Shown here: positions 1 through 9,247 of the stretch, piece by piece
Layout of the letters: each line of letters starts with the position of its first letter
Position numbering within the stretch: the stretch's first letter is position 1
Assembly: GCA_944329395.1 (NCBI GenBank)
Contig: CALVIF010000002.1
Span: forward strand, 1-42,488
Direction of reading: 5' to 3'
Source: an uncultured Bacilli bacterium
GTDB lineage: Bacteria; Bacillota_I; Bacilli_A; RF39; UBA660
Length of the DNA: 42,488 bases
Notes under the pieces: model-generated
The model's input: only the letters and a program-made list of their open reading frames with translations
Database searches by the model: none
What the model was told of the DNA's origin: nothing
Program-made: the position numbers and the translations under genes

Positions 1-530
1 GACTCATCAATTGCCCCATTTTTATATGCTAATTCAATCATATAATCAACATCTTTTTTTACTGGATCTTCTAATATTCCTGAATTTCTTACACCTTCAA
101 GTGCTTTAACAAAGGATTGTGTTGTTGCAAATTCCATTATAACATTTGAAGTATATACTTGAATTTGTTCAAAGATAAATTCACTATATACTCTTTTACA
201 ACGTAAATATGATAGATATGGAACAAACATAATTGCAATAATAATATAAACTATACATATAATAAGATTATAAAAATAAATGTATGTTACAACTCCTGTA
301 AAAATGGAAAAAATTGCAACTTGAATTGCGTATTGTCTAGCAGTATATTCTTGCCCAAGTTCTTTTGTTTTTTCTCTTACTAGTTTAAAGGAATATGGTG
401 CAAACCTTTCATACATTGTTCCAACCTGTTCCGTAACAAATTTTTGAAGGTCTTGTCCTTGATATTTTCGATATGCTATAACAAGAAATGTAATAATTAA
501 TATAATAACTAACTCTTCAAAACAGTACAT
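1..530 (-). CDS. TadB/GspF-like (type II secretion system F family) polytopic membrane protein. Only the 5' part is present; the gene runs off the left edge.
   Basis: Absent from the ORF track because it is open at the window edge. Manual minus-strand translation from ATG at 530 (SD aagGGAGtgataatATG) gives MYCFEELVIILIITFLVIAYRKYQGQDLQKF...MIELAYKNGAIDE with no stop through base 1. It has an N-terminal TM helix, a cytoplasmic loop of about 55 aa and a second long hydrophobic segment. It starts 17 nt after the ATPase stop, where Tad platform genes normally sit. The family call rests on topology and position only. Confidence 0.4.
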   Translation of the reverse strand, partial: MYCFEELVIILIITFLVIAYRKYQGQDLQKFVTEQVGTMYERFAPYSFKLVREKTKELGQEYTARQYAIQVAIFSIFTGVVTYIYFYNLIICIVYIIIAIMFVPYLSYLRCKRVYSEFIFEQIQVYTSNVIMEFATTQSFVKALEGVRNSGILEDPVKKDVDYMIELAYKNGAIDE

Positions 531-547
531 ATTATCACTCCCTTCTT

Positions 548-2257
548 TTATCCATTAGCAGTTGGTGGTATAAATGGTAAAATTCCATTTTGAATTTCAT
601 TTGGTTGATGTTGATCCATTTGGTAATTATTAGTTTGAACATATTGTGGTGTTTTTTGAATAACTGACATTTCCTGATTAACATTTGGTATAAATTCATT
701 TGGTGTATTTTGTACTTGTTGATTAATTTGATTTAGCGTTTGATTTTGTTGTTCTACTTTTTGTGTTATTATTTGCGATGGTTGTTGATATTCTTTTGAT
801 AAAATTTGATTTTCTTGCTTCATTGCACTTTGATTAATATTTTCATATACAGCTTGATTTGAATCTAATGATGATTCAGAAATTTTTTCATCTTGAGGGA
901 CATTAAAACTGTTTTCTAATGATATTGCAGCTTGAACTTCTTCGCTAATATCTGATAAAGGGATATTAGCTTGATCTTCGATATTTTGAATGTTGTTTGA
1001 AACGTTTTCTTGTAAATTATATGAAGTATTTTCAGATACAAAATTGTTATCTAGAGTATTTTGTGATTCCAATTCTTGATTTTCATTATAAGGAATTTCT
1101 TCATACTCTTGGCTATTTATTTCTTGCTGGTATTCTTCTTCTGGCTGATATTCAGTATTTGAAGAAGAAGCTTCTAAATTATTTTCAAATGGTGTATCGT
1201 CTACCATATTATTTGTTACTGATGTTATATCAATATTTTGATTTTCTAAATATTCAATTAAATACTTACTTGGCTTTCTAAGTATTGGTTCTTTACCAAA
1301 TACTTTCTGATAAATTACTTTACTTTGAGGTTGATTATTTTCATCTACATAAAACTCAACTACTTCATCAACTTCACGATGAAAGCGTCCTAACTCTTTA
1401 CTATAGTATGCCCTAATATGAACTCCTATTTGAATATATCTATATATTGTTGATAAAAATTGATTTACATCTAAATCTGTTTCCATCAAACTATATAAAC
1501 GATAAGGAATTGCAGAGGCTTTATCAGCATGAATTGTTGATAAAATATTGTGCCCTGACGAAATTGAATTTCTAACAGCAGTTACTGCTTCTGCACTTCT
1601 AACTTCTGATAATAGTATCCATTTTGGATTTTGTCTCATACATGTTACTAAAACATCTGTGTAACTTGCAACATTATTTGTTTTCATTGATACAATATCT
1701 CTTTGTGGAAATATTTTATCAAGGTGTAACTCTAATGTATCTTCAATCGTAATAATTTTTTCACTTATTTTGGTATGACTAGCAAGATATTTGACAAATT
1801 CTGTTTTACCTGAACCTGTTTCACCAGCAACAATTATATTACAATGTCCCTCTACACACTTAATTAATATATCATGAATATCTTGTGTAAAATAATCTTC
1901 GTCTAGTAGTTTTTGCTTTTGAAGACGAATTTTTGCTGGTGTTTTACGAATAACCATTGCTATTCCATTTGTTGCAATCGATGGATGCACAAAATTCAAA
2001 CGTAATTCTGCTGATTCTGCGTCAAGAAACGGTTTAGCGTTATTAAATGTTGTTCCCATGACATTTGAACATTGAAAGGCTAATTTTTCAACAAATTCTG
2101 GGGTTGCACCTTTAACTTCTACTCTTAATGAGCCTTGTGTTAAAGAACGAACCCAAATTTGCCCATTATTATCAAAAGATATATCCGTTATATCATCATT
2201 GTCTAATAAGGCTCTTAATGGCCCAAAGTCTAATTTATCAAATATGTTTTCGTTCAC
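548..2257 (-). CDS. VirB11/CpaF(TadA)-family secretion or pilus-assembly ATPase with a roughly 220-aa Q/N/E-rich C-terminal extension
   Basis: Walker A GETGSGKT, Asp-box IEDTLEL, Walker B-like KWILLSEVR and His-box SGHNILSTIHA. The N-domain motif ITDISFDNNGQIWV is also present. GTG start (taaGTGAACGAA). Residues from about 346 to 569 are low complexity. Confidence 0.85.
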   Translation of the reverse strand: MNENIFDKLDFGPLRALLDNDDITDISFDNNGQIWVRSLTQGSLRVEVKGATPEFVEKLAFQCSNVMGTTFNNAKPFLDAESAELRLNFVHPSIATNGIAMVIRKTPAKIRLQKQKLLDEDYFTQDIHDILIKCVEGHCNIIVAGETGSGKTEFVKYLASHTKISEKIITIEDTLELHLDKIFPQRDIVSMKTNNVASYTDVLVTCMRQNPKWILLSEVRSAEAVTAVRNSISSGHNILSTIHADKASAIPYRLYSLMETDLDVNQFLSTIYRYIQIGVHIRAYYSKELGRFHREVDEVVEFYVDENNQPQSKVIYQKVFGKEPILRKPSKYLIEYLENQNIDITSVTNNMVDDTPFENNLEASSSNTEYQPEEEYQQEINSQEYEEIPYNENQELESQNTLDNNFVSENTSYNLQENVSNNIQNIEDQANIPLSDISEEVQAAISLENSFNVPQDEKISESSLDSNQAVYENINQSAMKQENQILSKEYQQPSQIITQKVEQQNQTLNQINQQVQNTPNEFIPNVNQEMSVIQKTPQYVQTNNYQMDQHQPNEIQNGILPFIPPTANG

Positions 2258-2294
2258 TTAACCCACTCTTTTCTTCTTTTCTTTTTTTATAATT

Positions 2295-3101
2295 TTAATT
2301 TTCAGTCCAAATTGTAACTTTATTAATCCAATTTTTTAAGTCTTCACTACTTATAGCAACATTACCAGGATTTTCTTGTAAACTTTCATTAGTTGGAACT
2401 GGAATTAATGTTGTATCATAATTTCTTAAAAATTCTGCTTTTTTTAACAAAATGTAATATTCTTCTGGAACAGCAAATACTATCATTGCAGGCGTTCTTT
2501 TCTCATCAAGATTTGCAAATACAGGTTGTCCACTTGCATCTTTAACTGCTAATACTTTTACATTTTCAACTAATTTGCCAAGCATTATACGATCTGCTTC
2601 TTGGGGACTTGTTATTCCCTCTTCATATTTACTTACGGCTTTTAAATATATATCAATATAATTTTCAGGATATATGGAATTTCCATAAGTTGATGCTGTT
2701 GTAACGCTCATGTTATATAAAACATATCCACTTGGATATTTTAAAATTATATTTGCTGGTAGTTGTTCTTCTTCTACGACAAGTCGTTCATAGAAGAAGC
2801 TTCCAGCTGGTATAATACTATCAGGACTTACATATTTGTCAATTACATCTCCCTGATTTAATAAAACTTGCCCTTTTAACATTGTGGTCGGAATTTGACA
2901 TGTTGTTACAAGATTTTCAGTTATTTGTGTACCACCATCTATTGTTTCTTTAGCACATGGAACTGTTCTTGGATTAATTGCTTGTTTAACACGGAAATTA
3001 TATCCAATTACTAGAACCAATATAGCAGCTACTACGCCAAGTAATGTTACTGTATTTTTATCTTGGAAAATTCTTTTTATTCCGCTACTTTGATTTCCCA
3101 T
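2295..3101 (-). CDS. CpaB/RcpC-like Flp-pilus-assembly protein (N-terminal TM anchor plus beta-rich periplasm-type domains)
   Basis: TM helix VTLLGVVAAILVLVIGY. The later pattern IDIYLKAV...VENVKVLAVKD...AMIVFAVPEEYYILLKKAEF resembles the CpaB C-terminal domain. SD aGGAGAgaaaaaagATG. It lies immediately upstream of the ATPase, as in Tad loci. Confidence 0.6.
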   Translation of the reverse strand: MGNQSSGIKRIFQDKNTVTLLGVVAAILVLVIGYNFRVKQAINPRTVPCAKETIDGGTQITENLVTTCQIPTTMLKGQVLLNQGDVIDKYVSPDSIIPAGSFFYERLVVEEEQLPANIILKYPSGYVLYNMSVTTASTYGNSIYPENYIDIYLKAVSKYEEGITSPQEADRIMLGKLVENVKVLAVKDASGQPVFANLDEKRTPAMIVFAVPEEYYILLKKAEFLRNYDTTLIPVPTNESLQENPGNVAISSEDLKNWINKVTIWTEN

Positions 3102-3124
3102 CTTTTTTCTCTCCTTTTTTTCTT

Positions 3125-3610
3125 TTATTTATTATATCCATAATTATCGTCTGTTACTGGTTTACCAATGTCATTTTCATAATCCCAATTTGCAGAAGTT
3201 ATATATTGATCATCTTTTCTAATACTTTCAACAATTCCATCATAAGTAGTTGTCAGTATTAAGTTTTGGCTATCAAAACTTAATACTGTAGCTGAATCTA
3301 CTTTGACACTTACTTTTGGTGGCACTTCATTTAAATCATAAAAACCTATTCTATAATATCTTGTATTGTCTACACTTGCTGCAAAACGTCTTAAGAAGCT
3401 TTCAACAAATTTATCTTTATCTATTCTAAGTGCATAATTATCACGGTAATATTTTACATCTATTGCATCTTCCATTGCAGCTTCTGCTGTTTCTTTTACT
3501 AAATAATAATCGAGCTCACTTCCAGTAGAATAGTTTGAAATAATATTAATTAATATTAATCCCATTACTGCAAGCATTATAATACCAACTGTTAAAATTC
3601 CCTTATTCAT
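3125..3610 (-). CDS. Small N-terminally anchored extracytoplasmic protein of unknown family (possible pseudopilin-like accessory component)
   Basis: MNKG followed by a 22-aa hydrophobic helix (ILTVGIIMLAVMGLILINIISN), then a soluble domain of about 130 aa. Strong SD (gcAGGAGGtaacaaaaATG). The start overlaps the stop of the upstream giant gene in ATGAATAA. Confidence 0.6.
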   Translation of the reverse strand: MNKGILTVGIIMLAVMGLILINIISNYSTGSELDYYLVKETAEAAMEDAIDVKYYRDNYALRIDKDKFVESFLRRFAASVDNTRYYRIGFYDLNEVPPKVSVKVDSATVLSFDSQNLILTTTYDGIVESIRKDDQYITSANWDYENDIGKPVTDDNYGYNK

Positions 3611-6600
3611 TTTTGTTACCTCCTGCTATGCTATTTAAATAATCTTCTCTACTTTGAAGTAATGCTGATGTGTAACTATTTGTAAACACTTCTGCTTCAT
3701 TGCTTCCCTTTTTCTTTTGATTATTTACACCTAGTGTTCCTAGCGTGATTATACTGTCTGAATTTAATTTATATGAACTTGCGCTACTTGCTCTAAATAG
3801 TGCACTTTCGTAATAAGCAATTCCATTTATTATATTTATTTTTCCAGGGAAAGAACTGAATTTATTGTCACCATCGTGCTCTGAATATTTCCTAATTTTA
3901 TTTAAGTCAGCTGGAGTTAAGTAGAACTCATAGTCTAAATATTGTTCATTTTTATCAGCATCATAAATTTCATTTCCACGGGACTGAATTACTGGATATA
4001 GCGCTCCTGGTGTTACTTCATAGTCCTTGTTTTTTACATTTGATGCACCATCTGTCCAGTTATAACCTTGATTACGTCCTGTTTCATTTGGATTTTCCGT
4101 TGCACTTTCATTATCATTATTTGGGAACATATCTTTTAGTTCAATACTTCTTATTTTATAAGATAATGGTTTTAAAGATTTATTATTATCACCACCATCA
4201 CCTGGTTGGTCAATACTATCATATAGAGAATAGTAGCATTTAATATCAAAATCCCATTTAAAGTAACCAAATTCTCTAGCTGTTGCTAAAATATTATAAT
4301 CTTCTATTGTTGCTTTTTCTTCATCAGAATAAGATGTATTTGAATGTAGGATTCTATGAGTCCACCAATCAGTATTAACATATACGGAATCTAAATTAGT
4401 ACAGAATTTTTCTTTCTTTAAATGCCATGCATTTCCAGTAACTGGTTGATAACTTATTTTTCCTGTTTTATTATTTATCCATGTTCCTGGGAAACTCCAT
4501 TCTGTCATGTAAATTGCATGTCCGTTACTAGTTTCAGGATTATAGCAGCCACTACGATCTAGTATGATTGTTGTGTCAGATAATGGTTTTCCATTTACAT
4601 TTGCGTTTTGTAAGTTTCCACTTTCATTTATTTCGGTTTCATATTTGATTATATTATCTTCATCATCTTTTATTTTATTATTTACTTGGATTGTAAATTC
4701 TGAAGTTTGCGATGTACATGTAGCTGCAGCTTTACACTCTTTTACAGCATTTTCATAGCGTTCAAATTCTTCTTTATAAACAATTGTTGCATCGCCGTAA
4801 TTTAGGAATTCTCTATTAGTAGCAGTTCCTGGATTATTAGGATAACCCTTATAATAACCATTTTGGCGTGCAGCATCGCATCCTGACCAATTACATGATG
4901 CCATACAAACTGATGATCCATAATTATTTCTTAAAAATCCTTTATCAACAACACTTAAACCATCTTGTTGCCATGTAGGATTCCATCTATCGGCTGATTT
5001 TAATCTATTGACTGTATAGTTTGTAATATTTACTGTATAATATCTTCCTGGCTTATCCCAATATCTTGTTCCCATCTTCCATGCAATACTACCATTTTGG
5101 ACATAGTAATAACCACTACCAGCTTCTACTACGGCTAGTTGTAAATCTTCATAACTATATTTTTTACCAGGGCCAATATCATTTTTACTTTCAAGTATAT
5201 CATAATATCTTTCTAATTCTTCTTTAGTAGCAAGTTGCTCGACTTTTTCACTTGACAATTTATTATTATAATTTACAGGTAAAACTGGTTTTTGTCCGTA
5301 AACTTTTTCATAACATGAATTGATACAGCTTTGAGTGTATTTACCTCCGTCACAAGAATTTACACAACTATCAAAATCATTATTAGGACCAGATGCTGAG
5401 CGAAGTGCTCCACCATTACAGCTTCCTACTGGAGTACATACTTTATAATCTTCTGGTTGTGGTTCTTCACCTATAAATTCTGTCATACAGTTTAATTTAC
5501 TCTCAACTTTAACTTTGTATTCAAAACAAAGTCCTGCTTTTGTGGCTACTGGTGGTCCATATGTTACTTTAACTGTTTCTTCACATGTTTTTTTACATTG
5601 AGCATCATTTCCAGCAATTGTAGTATATATATCTAAATTTTTTGTTGTTATTTCTTTTTTATAATATTGCTTTTGAGTATATGATTTATTTGGTTTGTTT
5701 TCAGCATCATAAGAAGGACAAACTAATGGTTGACTACTCAAATCAGTTGAGCCATCCCCTATATTTATAACTTCTCCTTCAGGCGGTCCTTCTAGAGAAC
5801 CAGTTGTGCCTGATGAACCCATTTTTATACTTGCAATAGCATTTCTAATTAGCATTGCAACTTCAGACTCTTTCATGTTTGATTCTACTTGTTTGCTAGT
5901 ACAATAACTTAGTCTATTAGTTGCCTCAGCATAATATTTTTGAAAATCTTCCTTTGATAATCCAGCTTTTTCAAACTGACTTGCAAAACTATCATAATTT
6001 CCATTTCTAAGAGCTGCACAAATACCATTATAATGTACATTATTAATTTTAGCATTGCCTGCATTAGCAGCAACATCTACTTGATGATAATATATATATC
6101 CTAATTTTTCACCTGCTCCCCATTCTGGATTAGACCAATTACTTAATCCCCAAGAACCATCTTCATTATTTCTTACTGGAGTACTTCCTTCAACATAAGA
6201 ACATAAATTATCAGATTCTTTTAATACAAATACTACTTCATAATGTGTTGGTTCATTTTCACGCGTATAATTTATTTTTGCTGATTTTTGACCAAGTTTA
6301 GAGTTTAATGTAATAGTGTTTTTTAACTCTGGATAAGTTTTTCCTTGGTCATTAACTTTTATTTGATAAATATATACATCAAATACACCGCTATCTATAC
6401 TAACTGTATAATATGTATCATTGAAACTTTCTGGTACAAATACATATGGATTATATTTATCATCGGCTGTAACAACATTACATTTTTTAGGATTAAGATT
6501 TTCTATTATTCCGTTACCATTTTCAGCTTTTACAAAAAATTTGGTATATGTTAATGTTAAAATAATAACTATGCATATAGAAAAAGAAATTAATATTTTA

Positions 6601-6614
6601 GATATCTTCTTCAT
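3603..6614 (-). CDS. Large secreted cysteine-rich protein of about 1,003 aa, unknown family
   Basis: The long ORF begins in the track at GTG 6623, but the ATG at 6614 sits 7 nt after GGCGGTG. Sec-type signal MKKISKILISFSICIVIILTLTYTKFFVKA/ENG. About 23 Cys occur in the mature part, many as CxxxC or Cx5C pairs. There is no C-terminal sorting signal. Confidence 0.8.
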   Translation of the reverse strand: MKKISKILISFSICIVIILTLTYTKFFVKAENGNGIIENLNPKKCNVVTADDKYNPYVFVPESFNDTYYTVSIDSGVFDVYIYQIKVNDQGKTYPELKNTITLNSKLGQKSAKINYTRENEPTHYEVVFVLKESDNLCSYVEGSTPVRNNEDGSWGLSNWSNPEWGAGEKLGYIYYHQVDVAANAGNAKINNVHYNGICAALRNGNYDSFASQFEKAGLSKEDFQKYYAEATNRLSYCTSKQVESNMKESEVAMLIRNAIASIKMGSSGTTGSLEGPPEGEVINIGDGSTDLSSQPLVCPSYDAENKPNKSYTQKQYYKKEITTKNLDIYTTIAGNDAQCKKTCEETVKVTYGPPVATKAGLCFEYKVKVESKLNCMTEFIGEEPQPEDYKVCTPVGSCNGGALRSASGPNNDFDSCVNSCDGGKYTQSCINSCYEKVYGQKPVLPVNYNNKLSSEKVEQLATKEELERYYDILESKNDIGPGKKYSYEDLQLAVVEAGSGYYYVQNGSIAWKMGTRYWDKPGRYYTVNITNYTVNRLKSADRWNPTWQQDGLSVVDKGFLRNNYGSSVCMASCNWSGCDAARQNGYYKGYPNNPGTATNREFLNYGDATIVYKEEFERYENAVKECKAAATCTSQTSEFTIQVNNKIKDDEDNIIKYETEINESGNLQNANVNGKPLSDTTIILDRSGCYNPETSNGHAIYMTEWSFPGTWINNKTGKISYQPVTGNAWHLKKEKFCTNLDSVYVNTDWWTHRILHSNTSYSDEEKATIEDYNILATAREFGYFKWDFDIKCYYSLYDSIDQPGDGGDNNKSLKPLSYKIRSIELKDMFPNNDNESATENPNETGRNQGYNWTDGASNVKNKDYEVTPGALYPVIQSRGNEIYDADKNEQYLDYEFYLTPADLNKIRKYSEHDGDNKFSSFPGKINIINGIAYYESALFRASSASSYKLNSDSIITLGTLGVNNQKKKGSNEAEVFTNSYTSALLQSREDYLNSIAGGNKNE

Positions 6615-7419
6615 TATTTTCACCGCCCTTCAAAACATCTTCTATTTCTTTATAATTATCTTTTATTTTTACTTCAGATAATTTTGTCTTTTCGCTTTCT
6701 GCTAACAATTTACCTTCAATTTTAAATCTATATGACATTGTTCCAGGTACAAACCTTGTACATGTAACTAAAGATATTATTTTATCGTTTTCATCTACAG
6801 AGACGTTATAATCAAAAAAACTATCTTCTATCGATTTATTAATATACTCTTTTAATTCTTGTTTTGATAAATAACCAGAATTAGGCAAATTATAATCAGA
6901 GATTAAAGTTACTGAAAAAATTTTAAATAAATAATTTTTATTATCTTTAGTATATTGAATATATTGATTATTTTTTGCAAAGTCATAATATATAAATGAC
7001 ATTAATTGTTCAAATCGAGTGTGGTCTTTGTTTGTAATTAGTGGATTACTAGATACATTTTTAAGATTATGACCTAAAATTACTGTTCTATCTATTAGTT
7101 GATTTGGATTTTCTAAAACCCATGTAAAATCACTTGTTACATTTGTTTCTATGAATTTATTTGTCGGATCATAAACAACAGGATAATCAATGTTTGTTCC
7201 TTGAACTCTTATCCAACCATTTACATTAATTTCTTTATTTTTTTGTTGATAATTTTCAATATTCTTTTGTCGATTTTCAATTTTAAATGTATTTTCCTTT
7301 AATATTACTTTCCCAATTATTGATATTACTAATAAGATACATATTAAAATTGATGTTACGCTTATTATAGGAATTATTTTCCACTTTAATTTATCAACTT
7401 TTTTACTACTTTTTTTCAT
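6598..7419 (-). CDS. srtB: Class B-like sortase (cysteine transpeptidase)
   Basis: N-terminal TM anchor. The motif NGWIRVQGTNIDYPVV matches the SrtB-type N-terminal motif. Catalytic His in VILGHN, catalytic Cys in ISLVTCT and Arg in SYRFKIEGKL. SD taGGTGGaattATG. Confidence 0.75.
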   Translation of the reverse strand: MKKSSKKVDKLKWKIIPIISVTSILICILLVISIIGKVILKENTFKIENRQKNIENYQQKNKEINVNGWIRVQGTNIDYPVVYDPTNKFIETNVTSDFTWVLENPNQLIDRTVILGHNLKNVSSNPLITNKDHTRFEQLMSFIYYDFAKNNQYIQYTKDNKNYLFKIFSVTLISDYNLPNSGYLSKQELKEYINKSIEDSFFDYNVSVDENDKIISLVTCTRFVPGTMSYRFKIEGKLLAESEKTKLSEVKIKDNYKEIEDVLKGGENNEEDI

Positions 7420-7427
7420 AATTCCAC

Positions 7428-9236
7428 CTACTTAGAAATTTTATATGGGTCTTTTTCTGTCCCTGATCCTGAGACAATCTTTACTCTTTTATCCAGATAA
7501 CCAACTGGTCTTATATAGCTTTCAATATTATCTGATAATTGTTCAAACATTACCACTCCAATATTAGAAATAAGATATTTACGATATTGTTCTTTAGAAG
7601 AGTTAATTAACCAATATCCAATATTTGTTTCATCTGATTTTAATGATGCGCTAAACATTTCATACATGTTAGGAGCGGAAAATTTAACTTTGTATTTTTT
7701 GGTTGAATCTTCTTTTTTATACTTTGCAATTGTTTTATAAATTGGTACGCTTATTTCTTTAGTAACAAAATATTTTTCATCAACACTGTCACCTGTTTTT
7801 TGATTAATGGTATAACCAATGTTTCCTTTTTGCGTAGGATTATATATTTTACTAGTGTCTGTTGTTTCGTATTTAATAGTATCATTTCCACCTATTAGTG
7901 TAATTGGAATTTCAGATATGACTTTTGTATCACCATCATTGCTTATATCAACAATTCTCCATAAATATCCAGAATATGTAATATACTCTCCAGAATATCG
8001 TGTATTTAAATATTCATCTGCCTTAGCTTTATTAATATCATTTAAAGAATATGGATTTTCTTTTGTACCGTCCCCTGATATTACTAAGGAATCTCCTTTT
8101 ATTGTTAATACAGGACGTACTCCAAGATTATAATCATTATCAAAATACATATATTGTGAAGATCCAGCTATTCCTGTAAAAGCAAATTTAGTAGCCCAAG
8201 CTTCTCCATTTTCATTTACGTTAGAAGTCCAACTAATAGTTTGTGGAAACAAATAACTTTCCCCATTAACATTTCTGCTTTGATTTAGTTCTTTATTTGA
8301 AATTATATATGCATATCTTGAACTAGTCTGTTTGATGCAGTTTGTTTCTGTATTCACATTCTCTGGGGTTAGTGTTCCTGTACAATATTTATTTTTTACA
8401 AGATATTTTTTTGATGATGGAGCAAGATGATCATAAAAATATTCTAGCCACTCATCTAGTCCATCATAATCAACATTAGCGATATCATTATTAGCTATTA
8501 CTTTTATATTATTACCATCCAAACCAATGATTCTAAATAACATCCCCGAAAAATAGAGATAATTATTAACATTATTTCCAAGATATATTCCATTTTCTGT
8601 TTCTTGTTTTACAGTGGCATTAATTTTTTGAACTACATTGACTTTTCTTGTTATGGTCGTTTTGTTTTTTAAACTATCTAGTACAGTATAAGTTACTTCA
8701 TATGTTCCATTTACGTTTGTGTTTACTTTTGATGAATCAATAATTACTTCTTTAGGATCTATTTTTCCATCTTCGTTGTCTGTTACTTTTTCAACTCCTA
8801 GTTCCTTATATTCTTCTCCACGATTAATTGTAATTTCGTTTTCACCTTTTAATTTAATAACCGGTCCTGTATGATCAACATTTGATTTAAAAAAGCCACA
8901 TTGTAAATATGTTATATATTTATACTCATCTCTAGATGTCTGGGTTACTTTTACCCAACTTTCAGTTATTGAGCATGGTTTTTTTGTATATGGAACAAAA
9001 AGATCTTCTTTAATGTAAGCGTCATTATAAAGCGTTTTTAAAGTTACGGTACTAACTCTTTTTCCAGTTGGTAATTTGTCAGCATTTAATTCATAATATC
9101 TTTTAGCAGCTTCTATAAATATTTTTTCATTATTTTTAAATTTAAGGAATGGACTAATTATCAAAAACCAAATAAAAGCACATGGTATTGCTAGTGTTAC
9201 TGCAATTTTAAAATACTTTGCAAATTTATTTTTCAT
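7428..9236 (-). CDS. N-terminally anchored surface protein with an Ig-like (DUF5011-type) domain and two tandem modules of about 190 aa
   Basis: TM IAVTLAIPCAFIWFLIISPFL. Residues 123-203 (GPVIKLKGENEITINRGEEY...DGKID...NGTYEVTYTVLDSLKNKTTITRKVNV) look like a bacterial Ig/DUF5011 domain. Both modules start with a hydrophobic W/F-R-I-[IV] strand and end with RPV...V-[IV]-SG-[DS]-GT-[KE]-E-[ND]-PY. Confidence 0.8.
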   Translation of the reverse strand: MKNKFAKYFKIAVTLAIPCAFIWFLIISPFLKFKNNEKIFIEAAKRYYELNADKLPTGKRVSTVTLKTLYNDAYIKEDLFVPYTKKPCSITESWVKVTQTSRDEYKYITYLQCGFFKSNVDHTGPVIKLKGENEITINRGEEYKELGVEKVTDNEDGKIDPKEVIIDSSKVNTNVNGTYEVTYTVLDSLKNKTTITRKVNVVQKINATVKQETENGIYLGNNVNNYLYFSGMLFRIIGLDGNNIKVIANNDIANVDYDGLDEWLEYFYDHLAPSSKKYLVKNKYCTGTLTPENVNTETNCIKQTSSRYAYIISNKELNQSRNVNGESYLFPQTISWTSNVNENGEAWATKFAFTGIAGSSQYMYFDNDYNLGVRPVLTIKGDSLVISGDGTKENPYSLNDINKAKADEYLNTRYSGEYITYSGYLWRIVDISNDGDTKVISEIPITLIGGNDTIKYETTDTSKIYNPTQKGNIGYTINQKTGDSVDEKYFVTKEISVPIYKTIAKYKKEDSTKKYKVKFSAPNMYEMFSASLKSDETNIGYWLINSSKEQYRKYLISNIGVVMFEQLSDNIESYIRPVGYLDKRVKIVSGSGTEKDPYKISK

Positions 9237-9247
9237 ATTTATCTCCC

